A stretch of 64,000 bases of DNA. Origin: a virus (lineage: Duplodnaviria; Caudoviricetes). The notes under the pieces were generated by a model. It did not search any database and was not told the origin of the DNA. It saw nothing but the letters and a program-made list of their open reading frames with translations. The stretch is from the IMG/VR virus record IMGVR_UViG_2627853687_000001, positions 1 to 64,000 of that record. One strand, written 5' to 3'. Positions within the stretch are counted from its first letter, which is position 1; every line of letters starts with the position of its first letter. Of this stretch, positions 29,564-39,685 are shown piece by piece. Position numbers and translations under genes: made by a program.

Positions 29564-30022
29564 TTAGTCCTGCGTCCACTTCTGGCCCGTATCCACGCAC
29601 ACCACGCCGTGACACACGCGCCCCTGATCCAGCCTGAAAGCCATGCCCCCTAGCTTGCTGCGCCTGCGGCAGAACTGTGCGCCAGACAGATAGGCGTGCG
29701 GTACGCCGGAATCAATCGCGCCTTCCTCTGTACACTGGCCGTCTTCTGCGTCGGCATAGCCACGCGCAAACTCGCTCAGCACTTCGCGCCGGTCCTCAAA
29801 GCGGATGATCTCGCCGTGGTCCTGGTCGCGTGCGTACTCGATCGCGCCGTACTTAACGAGCGATGCAATGGTTTTGGGGTGCCTGAATATTTCTTCGCCC
29901 CAGTACTGGCCGGTGCAGGAATCAACGTAAGAGCCGCTGGAATAGGTGCCGATAGGGTTAGAGATGTCGTGTGCCATAGCCACTGCCACGAAGAAGTTAA
30001 CGACGTTGCCGGTAACAGACAT
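29564..30022 (-). CDS. Hypothetical protein
   Basis: 152 aa, coupled to the upstream ORF. Confidence 0.65.
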   Translation of the reverse strand: MSVTGNVVNFFVAVAMAHDISNPIGTYSSGSYVDSCTGQYWGEEIFRHPKTIASLVKYGAIEYARDQDHGEIIRFEDRREVLSEFARGYADAEDGQCTEEGAIDSGVPHAYLSGAQFCRRRSKLGGMAFRLDQGRVCHGVVCVDTGQKWTQD

Positions 30023-30354
30023 TATTTCCCCATAAAGAGCCGTTCCCGGCTGCTGAAGGTGTTTGTTTCCTGCCGGGTGAATACGTTGTCCACCAGCCCG
30101 ACAAATGTGGCAAATTCACTTCTGTAATACTCCAGTAGCTTATTTGCGGCGCGTTCGGTGAGGTATTCCACGTAGTACCAGGCACTGTATTGGTCGATCC
30201 TGGGTTTTTCGAGGGTCAGCAATGGGACAGATTCTGACAGCGTAGAAACGCCATACTCCACCAGCGCCACGCCGTCGCGCTCGATGGCGGTAAAGGTCAG
30301 CTGGTGGCCGTCAATGATGAATGTGCGTGTCAGTAAGATTTGTTGTCTGGCCAT
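30022..30354 (-). CDS. Hypothetical protein
   Basis: 110 aa downstream of cre. Confidence 0.6.
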   Translation of the reverse strand: MARQQILLTRTFIIDGHQLTFTAIERDGVALVEYGVSTLSESVPLLTLEKPRIDQYSAWYYVEYLTERAANKLLEYYRSEFATFVGLVDNVFTRQETNTFSSRERLFMGK

Positions 30355-30447
30355 CGGTATTCGCAGGATGCGGGATGGCCTGAATTGTGGGGGATAAAAG
30401 CTACCGTTACAATTATTATTTCTTTAGATTTCGATAAACTTAATTCT

Positions 30448-31479
30448 CTATTCTCCGTCCAGTATTCCCGACATTTTGCCTTTCTGGCTTTCAGAGCGAC
30501 GCAGGTAGCGCATAACGGTTTTTGGGTCCTGCCATGTGCCTTCCTGCATGATCTGCGTAATTGTGGCGTCGCGTTCTGCCATATCCATCGCCGCACCTAC
30601 GCGGGCGCTGTGACCGGACCATTTCGCATAACGGCCTTTATTGTCCTGTACCGGCTCTTTACCCAGCAGATCCCAGGCGTCTTTGAATATCTTCTCAGTT
30701 GCCGGTGCTGACATAGGCTTTTCAGACACGCCAGCCGTGTTGTTGTGCCGGACCGGCCCAAAAACCATCGCGTCAGGATGATGAATCAGCCCGGATAGCT
30801 CCAGCCAGTGCAGCAGGTGACCGGCAGCGGCGCGGCTGAGGTGCTTAATCACGCCAGCCGCCGTGACCATCGTCTTTGTGTGAGACAGGTTAATGATCAC
30901 ATGGCCACTGTCGCTGATATCCAGATCGCGCACCCGGATTCGGCTGAGCTCGGACATACGGCACAGGGTGTTGTAGGCGACAAACAGGAATGCCAGGTTG
31001 CGCTGATCGGTCAGCCGTTCGGACCGGCCCATCAGGTGCGACAGTAGCTGCAGGTCTGGCAGTCGGAACGGCACAGCCTGGCCGGTGCGCTCACCCTGCA
31101 GAACGGCTTCACGCCGGATGCGTTTCAGGGAGCGTTTCAGGTCCACGCTTCCCCTGAGTTCAGGGAGTCCACTTTCCCGGCACAGCATGTTCATCATGGC
31201 GTAATGCTTGTCGATGGTGCTGGATGCCAGGCCGCTTTCTGCCATGTCGAGGAAGTATTCCCGCGCCAGATCCGGGTCGATCGGCAGATACCCAACGTCA
31301 CGCTCATTACACCAGAAGGCCCAGCGGCGGATGACAGATAAAAGGTCGCGGAAAGTATTCTCGGAATAAGCGGCCTTATCTGCGATGAATCTCCGCAGGT
31401 TATTAGCAATGTCTTCCGGCGTTAATTGAGTTAATTCTGCCGGGAGAGCGCCGGTTTTTATTTGAGCCAGATGTTTCAT
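30448..31479 (-). CDS. cre: Cre-family tyrosine recombinase (Cre/Dre/Panto-like)
   Basis: 343 aa; YSENT, GERTGQAVPF, AYNTLCRMSELSRIRV, HTKT, WSGHSARVGAAMDMA, VMRYLR. Confidence 0.95.
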   Translation of the reverse strand: MKHLAQIKTGALPAELTQLTPEDIANNLRRFIADKAAYSENTFRDLLSVIRRWAFWCNERDVGYLPIDPDLAREYFLDMAESGLASSTIDKHYAMMNMLCRESGLPELRGSVDLKRSLKRIRREAVLQGERTGQAVPFRLPDLQLLSHLMGRSERLTDQRNLAFLFVAYNTLCRMSELSRIRVRDLDISDSGHVIINLSHTKTMVTAAGVIKHLSRAAAGHLLHWLELSGLIHHPDAMVFGPVRHNNTAGVSEKPMSAPATEKIFKDAWDLLGKEPVQDNKGRYAKWSGHSARVGAAMDMAERDATITQIMQEGTWQDPKTVMRYLRRSESQKGKMSGILDGE

Positions 31480-31669
31480 TTATATATTCCATCCCAAATC
31501 AGAGAGACAACGCTACGCGAAATCTACGAAAACAGCAGGGGTGTCATGCGTCAGATTTCACGTAGCGACGCCTGATGCAAAACCGCTCACAAAGCACTCA
31601 GTTTGCCAGCGGTTCCGCTTACCTGATCATTTGATCATCAAACACTGATCAAGCATACATGAAACAGGG

Positions 31670-31703
31670 GTAACTTTATATAAGGCTTATTATTTAAAGT
31701 TTC
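31670..31703. other. lox-type recombination site (rox/pox-like)
   Basis: GTAACTTTATATA-AGGCTTAT-TATTTAAAGTTTC: 13-8-13 imperfect inverted repeat ~190 bp upstream of cre. Confidence 0.85.
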
Positions 31704-32088
31704 CTTTTTCGGCACATTTTGCCCGATGCCTGCTTTAGAGAGTAGCTAAATCGAAAAATTTGCAAATTCGTTACGTTATTGTTCGTGATCGCCAGGGTGC
31801 CTTCATATATGATCATTTGGCATTCATTTGATTGCTTTCCGAAACTGTTATCACTGGAAACCTTCGGGTGGCACTCGTAGTGCCGGGTAACAGACACACA
31901 CTTTTTGCACACAGTTTCATTAGCGAGCCTGTACAGCAGAAATATCTGACAGATGCCAAATGCAGACTATTCTTATTATTGCAATTCTAAGGAGAGTTAA
32001 TTTTACATGGCTACTGTTTCTGTCTATATTCGCCTGCATTAAGTCCAGAGAGACTTGTACCGCTCATTAATATTTTTGGAATACAATT

Positions 32089-33168
32089 ATGCCTAACTTC
32101 AGCGATGTAGAATTTGAGAAGCGTTATAAACATTTTCTACAGGTACAAAAAGAGTGGCTGACTCTCATCACGGACAACCAGATTTTTAGCGATAGAAACT
32201 CCCTGGGTGAAGAATGCCGCCCGATTGGCTTTATCACTGACAAGAAAGCCTTTAAGCGTGCCGAGCACCTGCTGGCTGACTGGCAGAGCTTTGCAGACCT
32301 GGCAGAAGAAAAGCGCAAAGAGCGCTCTATCGCGATCACCACGAACCTCTATCTGCCGGTTCCTGTACTGATCACCAATCCAAAGCACGTCACTATTAAC
32401 CGCTTCCGTGCAACGGCCACCGCGAACCACACCCGCGAAGATATCCTTAAGCGTTATGAGAAGCAGATAAACAAGCTGCGTAAAGTTCCTTTTGCTGCCG
32501 GTGCAATCATGTCGCTGGAAGATGAAATGAAAGGGATTGAAGCTGCAGCGCCAGGCGCAATGTACCGCGCACGCACTAGCAACTATTCTGATATCCAAGT
32601 AACAGCGCGCTATACCGATGATAAGAAAGATGAAGGTGAATCTTTCCGCTATGGCGCACATGGGATGCTGATTTACGGCGACAAGCTGGATAAAGAGCGC
32701 GATATCAAGCTGAACGTTACGAGTAACGGTAATTACACGTCGCCATACGATGCTATCTCACCCGTACCATGTTCAATCCTGCCTAATGCCAAGCTGTACA
32801 CCATGGAAGACGTGGAATATAGCAAGGTGCTGGCCGCGCAGCGTTCCTCAGTGGCGTACACCGTAAACACACGCCGTGCTCAGTTTGAGAACAGGGCAAA
32901 GGCTAAGATTGCGAAGGCAAAAGACGCAGCGGAAGCGCGTCTGTTTAAAGCTGAAATCGAAGAAAACCGCGATTTGCTGGAGAAGCTGGAAGCCTACGAC
33001 TGGGCGCTCCTGGATAAGAAGGTAGCCGCTGGTGATACAGAACAGTTGACGATGCCTGAAATCCGTAAGCGTTACGGCGGAGAAGAGCCTCGCGCCGGAA
33101 AGAATATGCGTAACATGTACAGCCTGCTGCGTGAACTGGAAAGTAACCTGAAAAATCAGGACAAATAA
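32089..33168 (+). CDS. c1: Primary repressor, P1 C1-like
   Basis: CRPIGF, LYLPVPVL, YRARTSNYSD, SPYDAISPVPC..LPNAKLY resemble P1 C1; divergent from cre and convergent with pacB as in P1. Confidence 0.8.
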   Translation: MPNFSDVEFEKRYKHFLQVQKEWLTLITDNQIFSDRNSLGEECRPIGFITDKKAFKRAEHLLADWQSFADLAEEKRKERSIAITTNLYLPVPVLITNPKHVTINRFRATATANHTREDILKRYEKQINKLRKVPFAAGAIMSLEDEMKGIEAAAPGAMYRARTSNYSDIQVTARYTDDKKDEGESFRYGAHGMLIYGDKLDKERDIKLNVTSNGNYTSPYDAISPVPCSILPNAKLYTMEDVEYSKVLAAQRSSVAYTVNTRRAQFENRAKAKIAKAKDAAEARLFKAEIEENRDLLEKLEAYDWALLDKKVAAGDTEQLTMPEIRKRYGGEEPRAGKNMRNMYSLLRELESNLKNQDK

Positions 33169-33197
33169 TCAGTATTCTGCCACCAGCAGGGAAAACA

Positions 33198-33221
33198 GAA
33201 GGGCGCACAAGCGCCCTTTTT
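33198..33221 (+). terminator. Intrinsic terminator after c1
   Basis: AAGGGCGCACAAGCGCCCTTTTTT. Confidence 0.75.
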
Positions 33222-33291
33222 TATAGCTATTAATCAACCTGCCTGTGTCTTTCTTATCCGTTTACTGACTATAGTGGTTATCTGCTGGTGG

Positions 33292-34803
33292 TCAGGTCAG
33301 CAACGCATCCAGCTCTGACAGTTCATCCAGCTTGCTCTGTGTGAAATCGGCCATATCTTCGCTCAGTTCGGCCTCAGCCGGACGGTAGCCAATCAGGAAA
33401 ATGAAGCAGTAAGTATCCCAGCGGTCAGGCGACTTGATGTTAAGTTTCTGGCGCATCTGTGGCTTAGGCACCATCATGATCCGCCCCATTTCATCCATAA
33501 AGTACGGAATCTTTGAGGCCTGCTCTGCCGTGTGCTGTGAGATATCTATGCGCATCCTGCCCGACCGGATCGCATCAGCGGCCATGATGTTCGACCAGGC
33601 GCGCTGGTTCTTGAATCGCTCCCTCACCTTCTTACTGAATGGCGGCTGGCCCCAGCGGATGCTGACAGCGTTAACGCCCCTGCGCTCCAGCTGCTTAAGC
33701 GTACCCGAACCCACGCCGTCACCATCGACCGCAATGGTAATGCCCGGATAGCGCTCCTGCGTGCATTCATTGGCGATGTAGTCACCGAATGAGATCGGGT
33801 CCATCGTACCGGGCATTTCCACCAGCTTAAACGACACGACACGGCGCGCATCACCGTACCCGGATACTTTACAGATGTTGAGTATCGACTTATCACGCCC
33901 GTTACCGACGTCAGCGGTAGCAACCCAGCCCCAGCCCTTCTCCAGAAACACTTTGCGGCGTGCTGCGCGATCGCACTCGTCACGCCCCAGCAGATAGCCG
34001 CTGACGTTGCGCGGGAAGCGGCCCAGCACCTTCACCATGTATTCCAGTGAGTCGCGGCCCCCGTACTCCACCAGCTTTTCACGGATGAATTTCAGGGTAA
34101 CGTGCGGCGCTTCCTCGGAATTGAGGACAATGGCATTCCAGAAGCCGTTAGGGTTATCCGCGTGTCTGGCTAACGAATGGTGCGAGTCATAGAAGTAACC
34201 ACTGGGGCGAGTAGGCTGCGACATCATCAGCATGCGGTTATCTTCTTCTGTCAGCGCACCACGCATGATTGCGATCGCTTTGTCAGAGATACCCGACGCC
34301 TCATCAAGGATCAGCAGAATGTGCGCGGCGTGCTCACCGGCAAGCGCTTCCTCGTTACCCAGGCGATAGCCCTTACACAGCACCTCCCATATACCCTTAC
34401 GCGACTTCTCATAAAACATCGTGTCAGTCAGGGTGAAGTAGTTTTGTAGCCACGGGTGACGTCTGGAGGCGTTCGCCCAGTAGGTTTTGACGTACTTGAA
34501 TACGCCGGTCTTAACCTGCCCGATTTTGTTGGCCACGATGATTACACGGGCATCCGGATACATGAGCATGTAGATAAGCAGCATCATGGCCGTAAGGGAT
34601 GATTTACCGGTACCGTGTCCGGACGTCACTGTAGTCTGACTCCCCGTCTCCTGTACGGAGTTCATGATCTCTTCCTGCTGCCAGGTGGGGATCATGCCAA
34701 ATAGCTCAACGACGGCCAGCGCCCAGTTGTAGCGGTAGCGGATAACCATATCCCGCCAGCGCAGGTCAGTGGTGACGCTCTTTATGCGCTTCTGGCCACC
34801 CAT
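33292..34803 (-). CDS. pacB: Terminase large subunit PacB
   Basis: VTSGHGTGKS Walker A, LILDEASG Walker B, ADVGNGRD, SPDRWD nuclease motifs. Confidence 0.93.
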   Translation of the reverse strand: MGGQKRIKSVTTDLRWRDMVIRYRYNWALAVVELFGMIPTWQQEEIMNSVQETGSQTTVTSGHGTGKSSLTAMMLLIYMLMYPDARVIIVANKIGQVKTGVFKYVKTYWANASRRHPWLQNYFTLTDTMFYEKSRKGIWEVLCKGYRLGNEEALAGEHAAHILLILDEASGISDKAIAIMRGALTEEDNRMLMMSQPTRPSGYFYDSHHSLARHADNPNGFWNAIVLNSEEAPHVTLKFIREKLVEYGGRDSLEYMVKVLGRFPRNVSGYLLGRDECDRAARRKVFLEKGWGWVATADVGNGRDKSILNICKVSGYGDARRVVSFKLVEMPGTMDPISFGDYIANECTQERYPGITIAVDGDGVGSGTLKQLERRGVNAVSIRWGQPPFSKKVRERFKNQRAWSNIMAADAIRSGRMRIDISQHTAEQASKIPYFMDEMGRIMMVPKPQMRQKLNIKSPDRWDTYCFIFLIGYRPAEAELSEDMADFTQSKLDELSELDALLT

Positions 34804-36080
34804 CAGGCTTCGTCCTCGCCCGGTATAACGTCTATCTCAGGCGGCATGTCGTCTATGTCGTCGCCGTACAGCTCCGCCGTGGCCATGTAGTCAAAGTTGC
34901 CGTTGAGATTACCCTCGCCCGCTGTTTCGCCGGCGCGGTTCTCTCCGTCTGCCTGGACGTCACCAAATCCGCCGCCATCAACCAGCGCTGCCACTTCCGC
35001 ACGGCGCGACTCAACAAACGCCGCGCTATTGGCCTGCTGTTCCCGGAACTTACGCGCATCCCGGTCCAGTTCGTCCTCAGTGACCGCGCCGCGCTCATCA
35101 ACTGGCGGTTCGGCGTTCTTGAGCTCGTTCTCAAGGCGTCTGGATAGTGACTCTGGCAGTTTGATACCGTGCCGCTCGATGTACTCCGCCGTCTCCAGTA
35201 AATCCCAGTCCTTTTCCTCGCGCAGCTGATAGGCACGGCTGATCACCTCACCGGCGTTATGAGTCAGCGCATGCTTCTCATTGTCTCGCCGGTTCTTATC
35301 GGTGCCGCTGGCGATCGCCGCTACCCGTGTGGCGTGGTCATTGACGAGATAGCCGACCTCGATCATCAGCTTTGTCATTTTCAGGATGGGATGTGGTCCG
35401 CCGCCGCCTTCGTCATCATCCTTTTTGCCGCCGTTCTTCAGGTTGTCGGCTTCCAGCTCAAACAGTTCGACCGCACGCGCCGTGGTGCGCTTCAGCAGGT
35501 CCATGTGGGCCAGTGAGTCAAACAGCACTGTCATGGCGCTGGCTTCGACACCCTCGCCCAGCACCTCTAAAGCCGCTTCATAATCCTGCGGCCGCGGGTA
35601 GCCACGCCGGTTGGCGACCAGCTTAGTCTCGTTACCTTCCTCAAAGGGTTTACCCTCCCCGCGGGGCTTCGGGGTGTGCTTCGGGCGCCCGGAATCTTGA
35701 ACACTGTCATTTATGATCTTTTTGGCGTGTGAAGCATTGGGCTTTTTCTTCGCGCCAGGCTGCGCTGCTGTCTCTTCGCGTGGTTCCAGTACCCCCTCTA
35801 AAGCCGTGCTGTGCCTGAGTTTTCGCCCGTTTTGGCGGATGATCAGGTCTTCTTTTCTGGTGTGACCATTCTGATGATCAGAAGCGTGATCACTCAAATG
35901 ATCATGATTGTGATCACCAGCCTGATCACGCATTGCGGCCAGCGCTTTGCCGTTCAGCTCCCGGCGTGCGGTGTTAAACGGCAGACCGTAGTGCTCACAG
36001 TACTCTTTGACGGTTATCCCGCTCTGCGCCTTCTGCTCGATGAAGGCTTTTCTGTGGTCATCCCAGTTAACTTTGGACAT
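34803..36080 (-). CDS. pacA: Terminase small subunit PacA
   Basis: N-terminal HTH (GITVKEYCEHYGLPFNTARREL), DH repeats encoded by pac, coupled to pacB. Confidence 0.88.
   Translation of the reverse strand: MSKVNWDDHRKAFIEQKAQSGITVKEYCEHYGLPFNTARRELNGKALAAMRDQAGDHNHDHLSDHASDHQNGHTRKEDLIIRQNGRKLRHSTALEGVLEPREETAAQPGAKKKPNASHAKKIINDSVQDSGRPKHTPKPRGEGKPFEEGNETKLVANRRGYPRPQDYEAALEVLGEGVEASAMTVLFDSLAHMDLLKRTTARAVELFELEADNLKNGGKKDDDEGGGGPHPILKMTKLMIEVGYLVNDHATRVAAIASGTDKNRRDNEKHALTHNAGEVISRAYQLREEKDWDLLETAEYIERHGIKLPESLSRRLENELKNAEPPVDERGAVTEDELDRDARKFREQQANSAAFVESRRAEVAALVDGGGFGDVQADGENRAGETAGEGNLNGNFDYMATAELYGDDIDDMPPEIDVIPGEDEA
35840..35928. repeat. pac site: TGATCA hexamer array inside pacA
   Basis: TGATCA at 35840, 35875, 35887, 35899, 35911, 35923 (12-bp period); P1 pac is a Dam-dependent hexamer array in pacA. 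Confidence 0.85.
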
Positions 36081-36265
36081 GGTTTATCGTTCAAAAGAGG
36101 CCAATAAACCGGGATGGTATGGAGTCTGTAATTTGCAGTGATCACAATAATGATCAGGTACTACACAAACGCGCTGGAAAGTTACCGTTTAAGTGTCATT
36201 TTTTTAAAATTAGTGATACTTTTAAACCTCAATCAAAGTACGAAATAAACCACTGGATAATTTAA

Positions 36266-37390
36266 ATGACTAATAAAAAAGCTGTTTTAGTAGCTGTAGA
36301 TGCGGGTTCAGGTAACGTTACGATTGCCTATGAGGAAAACGGCCAATGGCTTTCCCTCATTACCCCTTCATTGGTCCATGAGGGCCACCAGCAGTCCTAC
36401 TCAAACCATGCGTCAGCTACCTGGTTTACCGAAAATGATAATGGGAACGAAGCAGCCTATACCGTCGTTAAAAAGGGCTTTACTGACCTGTACGACACCT
36501 GCGACCCGGACTACCAGATTTCCGCCCCACACCGTGTGCTGGTTCATGAATGCCTGAAACGTGCTGGCATCGTGGATTGCGACGTCATCCTGGGTGAAAC
36601 CCTGCCAATCGGGCAGTTCTACAGCGGCACCGGCGTTATCAATCAGGACCGTATCAACCGCAAAGTTGAAAGCCTGAAAAAGCCTGTGCGCAACTACAGC
36701 GGCGACGTCGCGCCAGCGCGTATAAGACACGTTGAAGTCTTCCCGGAAGCCGTACCGGCGATTCTGGCCGCACAGACAGAGTTTCCTGATCTGGAGCAGG
36801 CACAGACCATTCTCGTGATTGATATCGGCCGATTCACCTGTGATATCGCTATCGTGGATGAAGAGCTGGTGCCAATTAAAAAGGCCAGCTTTGAGCACGG
36901 CATTCAGAAGATGATCAACCGCGTTCTGGTGCTGCTGCAGGAGTTTGAAAAGACTTCCGGGCGCTCATTCAACGCAGAAGAAATCCCGGTTGGCATCGTG
37001 GACGACATTATCCGTCAGGGCTATATCGGTTCACGTATGGAAGCCGCTAAAGACAAGCGTATCGACGTAACCAGCGTTATCGATCAGGCAGCGGGGGAAC
37101 TGGCGTCAGAAATCTGGCGTGACGTGCGTTCTTTACTGCGCAACGTAATTGCCCTTGATGCTGTTCTGGTTGTTGGTGGCGGTGCTAACTATCTGGCTGG
37201 CCGTCAGGCAGGCCTGAGCGACCATACAGCTGATTGGCACGATATGGTCATCATCCCGGCACAGCCAGAGCTTTCCATTGCGCGTGGCGTATTCATGGCG
37301 CTTATGTCGTCAGAGGATGAGCTGCGCGAAACGATCAAAGAGACGGCAAAAGTAAGCGACATTAAAAGCCGCGCCAGCGATAAAGGTTAA
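36266..37390 (+). CDS. parM: Actin-like partition ATPase ParM/StbA
   Basis: VAVDAGSGNV, VFPEAVPA, LVIDIGRFTCD, LVVGGGA. Confidence 0.88.
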   Translation: MTNKKAVLVAVDAGSGNVTIAYEENGQWLSLITPSLVHEGHQQSYSNHASATWFTENDNGNEAAYTVVKKGFTDLYDTCDPDYQISAPHRVLVHECLKRAGIVDCDVILGETLPIGQFYSGTGVINQDRINRKVESLKKPVRNYSGDVAPARIRHVEVFPEAVPAILAAQTEFPDLEQAQTILVIDIGRFTCDIAIVDEELVPIKKASFEHGIQKMINRVLVLLQEFEKTSGRSFNAEEIPVGIVDDIIRQGYIGSRMEAAKDKRIDVTSVIDQAAGELASEIWRDVRSLLRNVIALDAVLVVGGGANYLAGRQAGLSDHTADWHDMVIIPAQPELSIARGVFMALMSSEDELRETIKETAKVSDIKSRASDKG

Positions 37391-37392
37391 CT

Positions 37393-37926
37393 ATGAGTCA
37401 GGTATTAAGATTAAGTGGGCTGGAGGACGACGGGTTACTCACCGGCGCTGCTCTGGCTGAATATAACCGGTTGCAGACCAACGCGGCCAAGCGTAGCTAT
37501 CTGGTGCGCCTGGTGCGCAGTGGCTACGCGCTGGATGAAATGGGCCTGAGTCCCGTCATCGAGCTGTTGCAGACAACGGATGGCAAGAAGTTCCTGAAAA
37601 TGTCTGAGCGTGAGCGCCTGCAGCGTCTGCTTACCATGATTAGCGCCCTCCTGGGTGAAAGCGCTGGCGTGCCGGTTGCTGCTGCCCCACCAGCGACAGA
37701 AAAGGCTATGCCGGAGTCCGTCGAGCCACCAGCGGCAGAATCTGCGCCAGTGGAACCCGTCGCTGCAGCTGAGCCTGCACAGCCAGTCGCTACGTCTGCC
37801 CGGAGTTCATCTGAGTCTCTGGAAGATGATGATAGGCCACAGGCATGGGGCAATCCGGCTATGGCTAACGCAGGCAAGGCACGCAGCCTGCTTAACGCTA
37901 ACAAAAAGAACGTCGGACAGTCCTGA
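37393..37926 (+). CDS. Putative ParR-like adaptor
   Basis: Directly after parM; RSYLVRLVRSGYAL, disordered C-terminus. Confidence 0.6.
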   Translation: MSQVLRLSGLEDDGLLTGAALAEYNRLQTNAAKRSYLVRLVRSGYALDEMGLSPVIELLQTTDGKKFLKMSERERLQRLLTMISALLGESAGVPVAAAPPATEKAMPESVEPPAAESAPVEPVAAAEPAQPVATSARSSSESLEDDDRPQAWGNPAMANAGKARSLLNANKKNVGQS

Positions 37927-37942
37927 TTACCCTCAGCCCCGT

Positions 37943-38350
37943 TCACATGAGCGGGGCATTTTCGATTCTTCCCCTTCTGCACATATCCATCAGTTCCCTT
38001 GCCAGCGCGCATACTGACAGCTGTTCCAGTTCCTTTTTTTGGAGAACCATCTTCGTGGCGCTTTCCACGCACAGCGATTCGTAATTCAGATCCTTTCTTC
38101 CGCGCACCTTGAAGATATAGCCGTTCATGGCCTCCAGGCGATACTGCCGGGGATAGGCGTCAGGGTGAACCCGGCACTGTGCGAACGGGGAACGGACAAA
38201 AGAGCGCAGGATATTGGAGATAATGCCGGTATTCACCACTAAGTGCGGGTATTCCGTTTCCACCAGCCTGGTAACTTCGGCCACTGTCATGTAGTCCCGC
38301 CTGCGTATTAACAGATCGGCCACCTCTATACTGCTCACCTTTTTGTCCAT
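37943..38350 (-). CDS. lpa: Late promoter activator Lpa
   Basis: SSIEVADLLIR...EYPHL...YPRQYRL...LARELM resembles P1 Lpa; upstream of pacA. Confidence 0.75.
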   Translation of the reverse strand: MDKKVSSIEVADLLIRRRDYMTVAEVTRLVETEYPHLVVNTGIISNILRSFVRSPFAQCRVHPDAYPRQYRLEAMNGYIFKVRGRKDLNYESLCVESATKMVLQKKELEQLSVCALARELMDMCRRGRIENAPLM

Positions 38351-38748
38351 GTACTGCTCCGCTTGAATTAACTACAAGCAATTCTAAGGATTGTATAATT
38401 CGAGCAAGTGCGAACGGCGTAAATATCGCCATTATTAGGAGGTATGAGCGGGTATTCAGGACAAATCCGTGTGCAAAAAGTGTTTAGCTAAACTGGTTGG
38501 TGGCTTTATCCGGGAGAGAAGATTGTAGCGCTGGCAGTATCTGGCAGTGGTTGCGGCGGTGAATGTCAGTACCATTGATTAATATATCTTCTGGCCGGGC
38601 ATGGGCGCGAATCCAGATGCTTTACTTAGAGTTTCAATCAAATCAGGCGGGCTGATAGTGCCGGATGAGGGTTTTCACCCGGCAGGAGCTGAATCAGGCA
38701 GTCAGTGGATGCTTTTCAGGCAGTGGCTTACCACACTGGACCATAAAG

Positions 38749-39099
38749 TTACCATGTCACGTGCGAGCGTCTGAATAATGCCGTCGTAGTGCTGTTTTGG
38801 CGCAGCTTCCCCGTCGTCACCCACGAAAACCAGCCCCATAGCCGTACACCTTTGGTGATATCCACGCTGTAAGCAAATCTGGGAGTTGATTCGAAGTGCG
38901 CCACCAGCTGTTCTGCACGCCATGCGAAGCACACGCCACAGATTTTGCTGAGCTCAAGCGTCACTGTGCCGCCAACGAGCATAGTTGAGGTTTCGGAACC
39001 TGCGCAGGAATTACTGTGTTTGCATGAGATTGACGTGATTTTGCAGTTATCAGCACGCCAGGCCAGCTGAGCCAGCCAGATAATTTTCTGCATTTCCAT
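38749..39099 (-). CDS. Hypothetical protein
   Basis: Coupled to the upstream ORF. Confidence 0.45.
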   Translation of the reverse strand: MEMQKIIWLAQLAWRADNCKITSISCKHSNSCAGSETSTMLVGGTVTLELSKICGVCFAWRAEQLVAHFESTPRFAYSVDITKGVRLWGWFSWVTTGKLRQNSTTTALFRRSHVTW

Positions 39100-39683
39100 T
39101 ACACCAGCTTCCAGTCGTTTGCGAGAATATCGGTAGAAGCCGGCGCCCAGTCAGAGACGGTCAGCTGTTCTGCATCAATGAGTAGCAGCTGGGGCATCTG
39201 CGTGACAGTAGCCTCCGGGTTGCAGTCAAAGTAACGAGCCGGTACGCCGTACATGTCTGTCCCGTTCAGTGTGGCGCGCATCATGCCTCTGCTGAGGCGC
39301 AGATATACACCCTTCCCCCACGCTGCCCGCGCTACCTTGCAGCCCTCTGACAGCCATAACTGCGCCACGGCCAACGGTGCGTGCTCCTGCCTGAAATTCA
39401 GTTCGCCGGTATTAATCATCGCTTCGTTGCGCAAGATCAGATCGTTGAGCTTAATCAGCGCAACACAGGCGGCGTGGTTCAGTGTTTCGCCATGACCGGT
39501 CATTGTCAGGCCGCTTTTACTAATAATGGCTGCATAACCGTCATTTTTGGTCTCAGACGTATCTGTAATGGTATATCCGAGGCGTTCAATCACGGCCAGG
39601 AGTGCCATGTAGTCGCCTGCATAGTCGGCTTCTGCATCTGCAATCATGCCGATGGTTGCGTTTAACTGTTGAGCGGTCATCAT
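39099..39683 (-). CDS. DUF2829/Tad2-like domain protein with N-terminal extension
   Basis: GCKVARAAWGKGVYL...WAPASTDILANDWKLV. Confidence 0.75.
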   Translation of the reverse strand: MMTAQQLNATIGMIADAEADYAGDYMALLAVIERLGYTITDTSETKNDGYAAIISKSGLTMTGHGETLNHAACVALIKLNDLILRNEAMINTGELNFRQEHAPLAVAQLWLSEGCKVARAAWGKGVYLRLSRGMMRATLNGTDMYGVPARYFDCNPEATVTQMPQLLLIDAEQLTVSDWAPASTDILANDWKLV

Positions 39684-39685
39684 TA

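Noticed and set aside
31704-32080. coi/imc genes expected between lox and c1
   Set aside because: No convincing ORF with an RBS or similarity was seen
7445-36190. AGTTAC motifs at ~7446 and ~36180 as P1-type late promoter elements
   Set aside because: Only partial match to the P1 Lpa element as recalled, and spacing could not be established
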